A stretch of 44,476 nucleotides of DNA from Escherichia phage vB_EcoD_Pubbukkers. Shown piece by piece: positions 26,773-34,506 of the stretch (its first letter is position 1; every line of letters starts with the position of its first letter). The translations under genes were made by a program, and so were the position numbers. The DNA is taken from sequence record NC_073068.1; one strand, 5' to 3'. The notes under the pieces were generated by a model. That model searched no databases. It saw only the letters and a list, made by a program, of their open reading frames with translations, and had not been told where the DNA came from.

Positions 26773-27096
26773 TTACGAATAAAAATTTGGGTCGCGCGCA
26801 ACGTCTACCAGATACAGGTTACTAATGCGGTTGCCGTAGTGCCCTGGAGTGCGCTGGCGGCACACAACGGCGAAGCCTGGAGGGATTGTATTGCCCGTCG
26901 CAATAATCCACGCCACGCGTGCGCCAGACAGCGTCTTGCCGTTGCATTCGATACGGGTTCCGCCATCGGCGGTGTTGATGTTGCCAATCTTGCATCCGGT
27001 GGACTTCAGACGGATGACTCCGGTTTTGCTGTCGTATGTGAATAGCTGGTTAGTCATTGCGACCGAAAAATCGATTGGTTCGAATGTAGCGTTCAT
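26773..27096 (-). CDS. HNH endonuclease-like protein (possibly degenerate)
   Basis: 107 aa; N-terminal LFTYDSKTGVIRLK resembles the FxYDxxTGxLxWK start of small phage HNH endonucleases; C-terminal GHYGNRISNLYLV resembles the N-R-x-x-N-L core, but the usual DHxxG His position is altered. Confidence 0.45.
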   Translation of the reverse strand: MNATFEPIDFSVAMTNQLFTYDSKTGVIRLKSTGCKIGNINTADGGTRIECNGKTLSGARVAWIIATGNTIPPGFAVVCRQRTPGHYGNRISNLYLVDVARDPNFYS

Positions 27097-27803
27097 TTTA
27101 AATTTTCCTCGTTAACCGCTATCGCGAAGCCGCGCGGAGTGAGTGAGCGGATTAATTTTGTACGAGCGGATTTACCACCGAGGCGACTATACTGTTTCGA
27201 GTACCCTTTTTCAACGAAAACAGGTTTCTTCTCTGGCATACGGAAGCCGTTGCCGGTCCATAAGCAGGTCAGCTTCGGATATGAATCGCGGGCGTTGATG
27301 TATTCCGGGAAAAGCGGGTGTACGTCATCTTCCGGCAGATATCCCCCATACTCCCACGGGTCGAATGAGTGATCCGGCTTGCGCCACTGGGTGGAAAGCA
27401 CACTGCGCGGATTCTCAATCATATATGGCACTTCGAAGAAGTCACCCAGGTAGGCGGCGATCTTCGCGGTGCGCACCGCCTTAAGCTGAAAGGCGGGGTC
27501 TTTTGCACGCTTGCGCGGGAAAGCTGGCGCTCCGCTCACTGCCAGATCCGTACACGGAGGGAACGCATAGATTATATCCGGCGTACCGAAATCGCCATTC
27601 ATCGCGCGGTCCACAAAGTCCATATCGATAAACTCATTGCGATATCGGATTCCACGACCATAAATCCGGTAGTCAAGGTATGATCCGTGATCGGCTTCGG
27701 AGTAGTTGAAGCAATAACACTTATGCCCCATCTCGGCAGCACGCTCAATCATCAAGCCGCTGCCGTCAAACAATGACCAGATTGTCATTTTCGCAATAGT
27801 CAT
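27093..27803 (-). CDS. DNA cytosine-C5 methyltransferase-like protein (short)
   Basis: 236 aa; motif I-like SLFDGSGL, motif IV-like FPPCTDLAVSG (Pro-Cys catalytic dipeptide) and motif VI-like MIENPRSV; no obvious target-recognition domain, so the substrate is uncertain. Confidence 0.5.
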   Translation of the reverse strand: MTIAKMTIWSLFDGSGLMIERAAEMGHKCYCFNYSEADHGSYLDYRIYGRGIRYRNEFIDMDFVDRAMNGDFGTPDIIYAFPPCTDLAVSGAPAFPRKRAKDPAFQLKAVRTAKIAAYLGDFFEVPYMIENPRSVLSTQWRKPDHSFDPWEYGGYLPEDDVHPLFPEYINARDSYPKLTCLWTGNGFRMPEKKPVFVEKGYSKQYSRLGGKSARTKLIRSLTPRGFAIAVNEENLK

Positions 27804-29224
27804 TTGCGCGCCTTCTTAGCTTTCATGTATTCCATCAAGTCGTCCTGAATGTCTCGCTTACTGTCGCGACGCTCGGCGACCAATTCGTCCAGTGTCCCGC
27901 GAGCCTGGATAATGTAGACGAATACTGGTCGAGGGTGTCCGGCTTGCATCTGGCGAACCGGCCCAATACGTTCAACGATCTGCGAAAAGTGTTCAAAGTT
28001 CCAGGTGTCGGAGAAGATTGCCAGGTGATGACCGCCGTCCTGCAAGTTAAGGCCGTGGCCCGCCGATGCCGGGTGTGCAAACATGATGGGGATCTCGCCC
28101 CTGTTCCATGCTTCCATATCCTTATTGCCCTGCTTTCCTTTACCCAACGCAACGCCGTGCGGAAATTTCTTCTTAAGACGAGCCAGGTCATGTTTATACT
28201 GATACGCGACGAGCAACGGCGCACCGTTCAACTCCTCCACAATACTTTCCAGCGCGTCCAGTTTAGCGTCGTGGATTTTAACCCATTCGTCGGTGCGCTC
28301 GCCGTCTTCGTCGACCTTATACACGGCCCCGGAAGCAAGCTGAAGGCACTTAATAGTCTTCGACGCAGCGTTCGCCGCCTCCACTGTTCCGCTTTCCAGT
28401 TCCGCAAATAGCTCCGCTTCGAACTGGTCATAAATCTTGCGGGCTTTCTTCGGCAGGTCCACAACAACCGGCGTATATATTGGCTTGTCACATCCGAAAT
28501 ATTCAGCCGCATCAACGGTTAGCGACACGTCTGACAGGCGTTGTTGTATTTCTTTCTCGGAGTTTTTTAGCGGGGCGTGCTGCATAGTGAAGCTGCCAGG
28601 CTTAACCGGCTTGCTAATAAACCAGCGGTCTGTGAATGCCTTATAACTACTGCCGAGGCGTTCGCCACCGTCGACAAACCACGTCTGACCCCATAAGTCC
28701 TTCAGCCCGTTTGGTGCGGGTGTGCCGGTAAGGTTAATCCAGCGTTTGACGTGCTTATGCGCAATAGCCGCCAGCGCGCGGGCGCGCTTACTCCCCTGCT
28801 TGCTTCTATAGCCTTTCAGCTTAGTGGATTCATCGGCAACAACGACCGTAAAGGGCCACTCGTCGCCGCAATACTCGACAAGCCACTCAACCACATCATA
28901 GTTAACACAAACTACGTTAGCGTCGCTCTCAAGCGCAGCGATGCGGTCCTTCTCTGGTCCGGTGCCGTCTACTACCAGCAGGGCAGGGAAGCGCCATTTT
29001 TCTTGCTCCGGGGGCCATGTACCGGACGCAACGCGCAGCGGGGCCAGCACCAGTACGCGGTCCTCCTGGTTGGATAGGATGCCGGTCTGGAACATTTTAT
29101 TCAGCGCCCACATAGTCGCGCCGGTTTTACCAGACCCCATTGTCGCCCATATATTGCATCGCTTATGCTTGAGGATGAACGCGGTTATCAACTTCTGATA
29201 TTCGCGACGTCGGAAACGTGCCAT
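27800..29224 (-). CDS. SNF2-family helicase
   Basis: 474 aa from ATG 29224 (MARFRRREYQ); Walker A MGSGKTG, DExx box VVADESTKLKG, motif III NLTGTPAPNGLKDLW; the 30-aa low-complexity N-terminus in the ORF track is rejected. Confidence 0.78.
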   Translation of the reverse strand: MARFRRREYQKLITAFILKHKRCNIWATMGSGKTGATMWALNKMFQTGILSNQEDRVLVLAPLRVASGTWPPEQEKWRFPALLVVDGTGPEKDRIAALESDANVVCVNYDVVEWLVEYCGDEWPFTVVVADESTKLKGYRSKQGSKRARALAAIAHKHVKRWINLTGTPAPNGLKDLWGQTWFVDGGERLGSSYKAFTDRWFISKPVKPGSFTMQHAPLKNSEKEIQQRLSDVSLTVDAAEYFGCDKPIYTPVVVDLPKKARKIYDQFEAELFAELESGTVEAANAASKTIKCLQLASGAVYKVDEDGERTDEWVKIHDAKLDALESIVEELNGAPLLVAYQYKHDLARLKKKFPHGVALGKGKQGNKDMEAWNRGEIPIMFAHPASAGHGLNLQDGGHHLAIFSDTWNFEHFSQIVERIGPVRQMQAGHPRPVFVYIIQARGTLDELVAERRDSKRDIQDDLMEYMKAKKARK

Positions 29225-29228
29225 ATCT

Positions 29229-29447
29229 TTATTCCGCCTTTTTCCAGACTTCTGTTTCACTGTTCCAGTTCCTTTTTGTGGCGTCGTAGTTGGTGGCGTG
29301 TCCGATGTGCACACCGGTAGCCCGGAAGCTCTTAAATTTTTGCCAGCACACCGTCAACGGCAGCGGATCATTCATGCCCGCGATAAACCATACGCGATCG
29401 CCCGGTTTACATTCGCCCAGCTTGGTGAGTCGGTAGTGTTCTTTCAT
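29229..29447 (-). CDS. hypothetical protein
   Basis: 72 aa from ATG 29447 (MKEHYRLTKL) with RBS GGGAGA 7 nt upstream; stop abuts the helicase start. Confidence 0.45.
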   Translation of the reverse strand: MKEHYRLTKLGECKPGDRVWFIAGMNDPLPLTVCWQKFKSFRATGVHIGHATNYDATKRNWNSETEVWKKAE

Positions 29448-29457
29448 CGTCATGTCT

Positions 29458-29480
29458 CCCAAAAATGGCGGGACAAGCCC
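29458..29480 (-). terminator. rho-independent terminator on minus strand
   Basis: GGCGGG-loop-CCCGCC stem (plus 29464-29480) followed on the minus strand by AUUUUU; downstream of the zinc-ribbon gene. The stem contains GCGGGACA. Confidence 0.5.
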
Positions 29481-29490
29481 GCCGTATTAA

Positions 29491-29664
29491 TTATTTTTGT
29501 TCTGCACGGTAGCGGCGCTGCCGTTCGCGCTCTTTCTTATTGCGGCACGATTTGCACTCTGCCCGATACCCGTCTGGACTTCGCGCAGTCTTACCGGTGT
29601 ATTTGTGGAACTGGGACAGCGGCTTGATGCAGCCGCAATTACTACAACGTTTTTCTTCAATCAT
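29491..29664 (-). CDS. small zinc-ribbon protein
   Basis: 57 aa from ATG 29664 (MIEEKRCSNCGC...ECKSCRNK) with two CxxC pairs and RBS AGGA. Confidence 0.45.
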   Translation of the reverse strand: MIEEKRCSNCGCIKPLSQFHKYTGKTARSPDGYRAECKSCRNKKERERQRRYRAEQK

Positions 29665-29704
29665 TTCTAAAATCCTAGGTAGTGCTATCCGGCACACTAT
29701 ACCG

Positions 29705-29983
29705 CTATGCGACCAATTCAGCAACCAATAAATCGCAGTCGGATATGTTGTCGATAACGCGAACGTCAGCACCGCGGCGGGCCATTCGCTCATGTTCACG
29801 TACCTGGTGCGGCTTCGGTTTTCCTCCGGGGCGCTTCACTTCGACGAACACTATTTTGCCGTTGATGATAATAATCAGGTCGGGCGCACCTGCGCGCCCC
29901 TCCCATGCCAGTTTTCGGCAGAATCCGCCTACCTCTTTCACCCGTCGCATCAGGTGACTTTGAATCTTGCCTTCTGGTGTCAT
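29705..29983 (-). CDS. VRR-NUC domain nuclease
   Basis: 92 aa; PD-(D/E)xK-type core DLIIIINGKIVFVEVKRPGGKPKPHQ typical of VRR-NUC; start overlaps the polymerase stop. Confidence 0.7.
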   Translation of the reverse strand: MTPEGKIQSHLMRRVKEVGGFCRKLAWEGRAGAPDLIIIINGKIVFVEVKRPGGKPKPHQVREHERMARRGADVRVIDNISDCDLLVAELVA

Positions 29984-32900
29984 TACTTCCTGTACCTGTA
30001 CATGATGTCGCCTTCAGCGGCAAGCGGGAAGCCTTTCGCCCAAATAGGCAGGTCGCACATCAGCGCGCAAAGCTCCTCGGTCGTGTAGTCGTCGGTGTCC
30101 GGAACTTCGGTGATCAATTCATCGTGCACTGACAGGACGATTTCATATCCGGCAGCTTCAACGCCAGGCATGGACCACGCGAGGATATCGCGGCACAGCG
30201 CCTGTACGATGTTTTCCGTCAGTTTGCCGCCGTAGGTGTACTGGAACCCCCACTGGCGCGTCGTCTGATTCTCGCCCTGATATTTAATGCGGGTGCTGGT
30301 GCGCTTCTTGCCGGTGTCTTCGTCAATCTCGGTCGTGACCGACAGCGCGATGCCGGGGTAACTCATGATGCGCCCCGACGGCAACTCAATTTTCAACCAC
30401 CACCCCGCGGCGTTCGGGTCGTCGCGCTCCTCGTCAAAGGTTGGGTCGTGCTTCGCCTTCGTACGGACAATCTTGAGCGCTTTTCTACCGTCCGGGCGAA
30501 CGGTAGCGCCAGCCCAGTATGCTTTGCCCGGATTGCGTATTGCACACAACACCGCGTCCTCAAGCTCGGCCCAAAAGGCTACCGTCTTCGGGTGCGCCTC
30601 TCGCCACATGCGTTTAATCGCATCACACGTAAGCCATACGTTTTTCGGCAGTATGTAAGTCGGGCGCTCGTCCTTCTTGCCCGGCTTCGGCGGTCGCTTC
30701 GCTTCGTTAATGCGGGCGTACTCATAACCCCGTTTAGCCGCTGCCCAAATGTGATTGGGGAATGTGCCCTTCATGACGTCCGCCATCGCGTAAAGGTCGA
30801 GGCCCAGGTTTTTAGCGAACTGCAAGAACGCCGCGACGCCGCCACCATAGCCCAGGCCAAGCTCGCAGTTATGCGCCACCAGAAAACCAGACTTAGACGC
30901 AATAAGGAACCGGTTTCCGTCTTCCACATCAATCAGGTCGTAAACCGGCTCGCAATAGGTTAACTTCCCGTTCCAGTTCAGCAATGCGGGTAAGGGCTTC
31001 ATCGTACTTTCGCTGAAGCTCGGGCACGCTGCGCCGGTTACGGCAGTTTTCCGAACGGCTGACAAACCGAAGGTTTCCAGGCTCATAGTTGCTGTCTGTA
31101 TCGATCCGGTCCATTTCGAAGTCTGGATTATCCCAGCCGTCCAGCGTTTGAACGTAGAGAAGAAACGACCTTTTATCTCTCTGCCATTCGTCACATACGG
31201 CAATCCCACGACCGCCGTAGTTTTTATACCCTTTGGCGCGGGGGTTTGTCGTTCGTGATATTGCCGCTGACAGCCGGTTGAGCAACCGCGTTCTGTGCGC
31301 ATCGTCTGGCATTGCGTCATCGTAGCAAAAATACTGTTTACGATACCGCTTTGTCGCTTCAATTGCGCAGAGGTTGCATTGGGATGTTTTACCCCTTCGG
31401 ACGTTGTCATACCCGACGCGTCCTGGCATCGCTCCGCAATCACATTGGGCCAGCAGTTGTCTGTGCCCCTGTCGTTTTGGTAATTCGCGCAGGATAACCA
31501 GGCGTCCATACCTCTCGCCAGGGCGCGGGCCATCGTGCACCTGTCTGAAACGAGTTGCCTTGCCTCCTTCCATGAATGCGTCAAGATTTTGTGGTCTTCT
31601 GTCATCAAGACCCCGTCCACGTCTATCACTGGTTTCCACCCCATAAGGTGCGCGCCTTTTGTACTCACCCATTTTTCGCCGTTCCATACTTTATCCGTTG
31701 ATGTTACGGCCATAATATCCTTGAACCCGCCATCGGTCAATACTTGGGTATGGCGGTGCAAGCAAGCCTTCCCTATCTGGCGTAAGTCCTTGCGGTTAGC
31801 TTTAATGTAGTCCGGGTCCAGGCCGAACATCTTACCGGCAGTCTCACAATAGATATCACGACCGGCCTTAAACACCATTAGCGCGGTTTTCTCGCCAGCG
31901 ATCCAGGCAAGTCCACGCCCTTCCACGTTGGAGTAGTCCGCTACGACAAACTTCTTGCCCTTAGCCGGGATAATGCACCCGCGAACGGTCGAGGCTGTTA
32001 GCTTCGATATGTCGTACGCCCAGTGTGCGGTCCCGCGTAGCAGGGAATTGATGCCGTTGGTGAGCATGTGCGACCGGACCCAAAAAGCAACGTCGCTCTC
32101 GCCTTCGCGGCGCTTAATCTTCCCTTCGTGATCGTCGCTATACTCGCCGCGTGCCAGGTTTTGAGGCTGGAAGCCTTTACCGGCCCAGCGTAGCGTGCGC
32201 TTTGCCCCTCCATACTGAAGACAACCTCGGCGGCGACCGTCGGCGGATAGGCCATTAACGAGCGGATTGTACTTAGTCGACGCCGTGGATGACGCACCGA
32301 GGCGCATCTCGATAAGCACTTTGCCCTCGTCGGGGAAGTCTGGATCTTCCAGCAGGTCGTTAAGCGTGGATTTCTGCGCATTGTGGATTGTGAACGCAGG
32401 CGCGAGGTCGCGCAGCGCTGGCAGGAAGTCATTGCCGGTCAGCTTACCGCCGAAGCGCTCCCAGGCTTCTTCCTTCAATTCTTCCTTATGCGCCTGCACC
32501 GCTTTGATCGCGGCGTTCGCCAGGTCAACGTCCACATAGAAGCCGCGGTCATTGATCAACTGGTCGATAAGCAGGATTTCATCTTCCTTCGGGGTATTAC
32601 CCCAGTCCGGTATGCGCCAGTAGACCTCCCGCATCGCGATAATATCCAGCGCGGCATATCGCAGAAATTTGGCCCATTCTTCAGGGTGAGTCTCGCGAGT
32701 GTAGCGGCGGATTTTGTAAGTCTTAGGGGTAGGCTTGCAGAATCGTTTAATCAGCGCCTTGCCTGCCTTATCCTTCGCGTGCTCTGCGTCAACGCCCAGC
32801 ACCTGACACTGCATATCGAGGCTGCCCGGCAGCGCGTGCCGAAAGGCCATAATCATGGTATCTTCGATCTGGCTTACCGGCAGGTCGATTCCCCACTTTT

Positions 32901-33171
32901 CACGGATAACCAGGCGGTCAAACAGGAGGCCGTTAGCCATCACGATTTTTGCTTTCTTGCGGGATACCTGACGGAGCGCCTTGCGCAGTTCACGCGGCAT
33001 TGTTGGTGATTCAGTGGCATCCCATGTCTGCACGCGGCCTTCGTCGATGGCGTAGGTGCAAATCATGATCTCGGTGGTTGGGTGCTCTGCGTAGGCGTAC
33101 GCCCCTACTTTCTTCAGGTCCACCCCGCTAAATGTCTCGGTATCGAGAAACAGGCGTTCAAAGTTTTTCAT
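29983..33171 (-). CDS. DNA polymerase I family (3'-5' exonuclease plus polymerase) interrupted by an intein
   Basis: 1062 aa; Exo I FLDTETFS; motif A VADYSNVEGRGLAW; motif B split as RQIGKA | intein | CELGLGYGGG; motif C VLSVHDELITEV. Intein residues 470-768 carry block A (CLHRHTQVLTDGG), block B (ILTHSW), block F (VYDLIDVEDGNRFLIA) and block G (FLVAHN followed by +1 Cys). Confidence 0.85.
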   Translation of the reverse strand: MKNFERLFLDTETFSGVDLKKVGAYAYAEHPTTEIMICTYAIDEGRVQTWDATESPTMPRELRKALRQVSRKKAKIVMANGLLFDRLVIREKWGIDLPVSQIEDTMIMAFRHALPGSLDMQCQVLGVDAEHAKDKAGKALIKRFCKPTPKTYKIRRYTRETHPEEWAKFLRYAALDIIAMREVYWRIPDWGNTPKEDEILLIDQLINDRGFYVDVDLANAAIKAVQAHKEELKEEAWERFGGKLTGNDFLPALRDLAPAFTIHNAQKSTLNDLLEDPDFPDEGKVLIEMRLGASSTASTKYNPLVNGLSADGRRRGCLQYGGAKRTLRWAGKGFQPQNLARGEYSDDHEGKIKRREGESDVAFWVRSHMLTNGINSLLRGTAHWAYDISKLTASTVRGCIIPAKGKKFVVADYSNVEGRGLAWIAGEKTALMVFKAGRDIYCETAGKMFGLDPDYIKANRKDLRQIGKACLHRHTQVLTDGGFKDIMAVTSTDKVWNGEKWVSTKGAHLMGWKPVIDVDGVLMTEDHKILTHSWKEARQLVSDRCTMARALARGMDAWLSCANYQNDRGTDNCWPNVIAERCQDASGMTTSEGVKHPNATSAQLKRQSGIVNSIFATMTQCQTMRTERGCSTGCQRQYHERQTPAPKGIKTTAVVGLPYVTNGREIKGRFFSTFKRWTAGIIQTSKWTGSIQTATMSLETFGLSAVRKTAVTGAACPSFSESTMKPLPALLNWNGKLTYCEPVYDLIDVEDGNRFLIASKSGFLVAHNCELGLGYGGGVAAFLQFAKNLGLDLYAMADVMKGTFPNHIWAAAKRGYEYARINEAKRPPKPGKKDERPTYILPKNVWLTCDAIKRMWREAHPKTVAFWAELEDAVLCAIRNPGKAYWAGATVRPDGRKALKIVRTKAKHDPTFDEERDDPNAAGWWLKIELPSGRIMSYPGIALSVTTEIDEDTGKKRTSTRIKYQGENQTTRQWGFQYTYGGKLTENIVQALCRDILAWSMPGVEAAGYEIVLSVHDELITEVPDTDDYTTEELCALMCDLPIWAKGFPLAAEGDIMYRYRK
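30868..31764 (-). mobile_element. intein inserted in DNA polymerase motif B
   Basis: 299 codons between extein residues ...RQIGKA and CELGLGYG...; starts with Cys, ends with His-Asn followed by Cys; canonical Hint blocks at both ends; the central ~180 codons show no endonuclease motifs in the polymerase frame. Confidence 0.8.
30929..31687 (-). CDS. HNH homing endonuclease encoded in the -1 frame inside the polymerase intein
   Basis: 252-aa ORF offset by one nucleotide from the polymerase frame; contains GRLVILREL...CDCG...SQCNLC, KGYKNYGGRGIAVCDEW and DRIDTDSNYEPGNLRFVSRSENCRNR (HNH core). Likely true start at Met39 (31573); no strong RBS seen. Confidence 0.6.
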   Translation of the reverse strand: MERRKMGEYKRRAPYGVETSDRRGRGLDDRRPQNLDAFMEGGKATRFRQVHDGPRPGERYGRLVILRELPKRQGHRQLLAQCDCGAMPGRVGYDNVRRGKTSQCNLCAIEATKRYRKQYFCYDDAMPDDAHRTRLLNRLSAAISRTTNPRAKGYKNYGGRGIAVCDEWQRDKRSFLLYVQTLDGWDNPDFEMDRIDTDSNYEPGNLRFVSRSENCRNRRSVPELQRKYDEALTRIAELEREVNLLRAGLRPD

Positions 33172-33338
33172 TGCTTAATCCTCACTACGGCGTCCGCGCT
33201 GCCGACCATGGAGAAGATGCCGTCAGACAGGGCAATCTCTTCGCCATTGTTGCGAATCTCGGCAACTGTGAAATATTCCCCCAGTAGCTTGGACCATACT
33301 TGCATTCCGACTTTTACTTCGCTGGCTTTAATACGCAT
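33168..33338 (-). CDS. small hypothetical protein translationally coupled to the polymerase
   Basis: 56-aa ORF (MRIKASEVKVGMQVWSKL...) whose stop overlaps the polymerase ATG (ATGA); AGGA upstream. Below the ORF-track size cutoff; found by reading. Confidence 0.4.
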   Translation of the reverse strand: MRIKASEVKVGMQVWSKLLGEYFTVAEIRNNGEEIALSDGIFSMVGSADAVVRIKQ

Positions 33339-33357
33339 TTTTCATTGTCCTATTTAA

Positions 33358-33380
33358 AAGCCCGCATTAAGCGGGCTTGA
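33358..33380 (-). terminator. possible terminator on minus strand
   Basis: AAGCCCGC-attaa-GCGGGCTT stem (plus 33358-33378) followed on the minus strand by a short U/A run; downstream of the SSB-like gene. T-tract is weak. Confidence 0.35.
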
Positions 33381-33396
33381 ATAGTGGGCTTTGCCC

Positions 33397-34173
33397 TTAA
33401 CGGCGGCGACGTTTACGTGGCGCTTCGTCTTCGTCGTCGTCCTCATCTTCGTCATCGCGTGGCTTACGACGTTTACGTGGTGCTTCATCTTCGTCGTCGT
33501 CATCGCGGCGCTTGGACTTTTTGGACTTGCGCGGCTTGTCGTCTTCGTCATCGTCATCACGACGTTTTGACTTTTTGGACTTACGCGGGCTTTCGTCTTC
33601 GTCATCGTCGCCCAGGTCTTCGTCGGAACATGAAGACCCGCCACCTCCGAAGGCTTCGCCGTCTTCACGGAATCGCAGACCCAGCAAGCCTGCCCCGAGT
33701 CCCTTGCCGTTGGTATTGTTCCACGCCCAAATATCAAGGGACACGTTGCAATAACAACCGGAGTAGATCTCCTGGCCTTCAATCTCGTCGCCTTCTACGG
33801 TCAGACCTTGTTCAGTCTGCTTCTCGCCGAGTGACGTTTGAATGATAGGCTGTTTGAACGATTTGGCGTTGATATACAACATGCCTTCGAATTCTTCGGT
33901 CACTTCGTCGCGCTCGTCACCGTCGCGGACTGCGCATTCCTTCGAATCCTGGGCGTAGTGGCGGTCCATCCACTTATCGGCATTCTTCTCGGATTTCAGC
34001 TTGTCGGTGAGCACTGCGCGCGCTGCCGCTTCCACTTTGTCCACCTGCGGATCTTCTTTATCCAGAAGAATCACGGCACGGTATGCCGGTTTTTGCCCAT
34101 CCTGTTTAGGGGTATCACGTTCCCAAATTTTAAGGAAGCATACGCGCACATTTTTCAGGTTGACTTTAGCCAT
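33397..34173 (-). CDS. ssDNA-binding protein-like (DUF2815-like N-domain) with alternating acidic/basic repeat tail
   Basis: 258 aa from ATG 34173 (MAKVNLKNVRVCF) with RBS GAGGAA; C-terminal ~80 aa are repeats of D/E-rich blocks followed by PRKSKKSKRR-like blocks, ending RKRRRR; encoded by imperfect tandem DNA repeats. Confidence 0.5.
   Translation of the reverse strand: MAKVNLKNVRVCFLKIWERDTPKQDGQKPAYRAVILLDKEDPQVDKVEAAARAVLTDKLKSEKNADKWMDRHYAQDSKECAVRDGDERDEVTEEFEGMLYINAKSFKQPIIQTSLGEKQTEQGLTVEGDEIEGQEIYSGCYCNVSLDIWAWNNTNGKGLGAGLLGLRFREDGEAFGGGGSSCSDEDLGDDDEDESPRKSKKSKRRDDDDEDDKPRKSKKSKRRDDDDEDEAPRKRRKPRDDEDEDDDEDEAPRKRRRR
33408..33610. repeat. imperfect tandem repeats within the SSB-like gene 3' region
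   Basis: Two ~35-bp units (cgacgtttacgtggYgcttcRtcttcgtcgtcgtc) and two ~45-bp units (ttggactttttggacttRcgcgg...tcgtcttcgtcatcgtc) encoding the charged repeat tail. Confidence 0.6.
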
Positions 34174-34263
34174 TTTCCAATTCCTCATTTTCACATGTAT
34201 CGGGGTTATTGGAAGCCACCCCGTTCGGCTTGGTTGCTAATCTACTTGGTTGCGCCTTAGCGG

Positions 34264-34506
34264 TCAAGCGTTTTTATTAAAAAGATTTCGTGTCACGTAG
34301 TTGGTGGCGTTCTCGATCCAGCTTAACGGCGGGCGGTCGATATTCCTCTCCACCCAGTCGACGGCAGCGTCGCTATAACCGTTGTCCAGCCAGCGGGTCG
34401 GATGTCGAATCATCCACGCCACCATTAATACGCCTTGTACGCAATGCAGAATAAAACCCAGCGCGCCGAGCAAAAACATCAATAAGATTGCGAATACTTT
34501 ATTCAT
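34264..34506 (-). CDS. small membrane protein
   Basis: 80 aa with N-terminal hydrophobic helix (VFAILLMFLLGALGFILHCV); start overlaps the stop of the upstream nuclease gene. Confidence 0.45.
   Translation of the reverse strand: MNKVFAILLMFLLGALGFILHCVQGVLMVAWMIRHPTRWLDNGYSDAAVDWVERNIDRPPLSWIENATNYVTRNLFNKNA

Noticed and set aside
33168-33171. Polymerase start further upstream
   Set aside because: The polymerase ATG overlaps the stop of a 56-codon upstream ORF (ATGA), and the Exo I motif begins within 10 residues, so the annotated start is reasonable.
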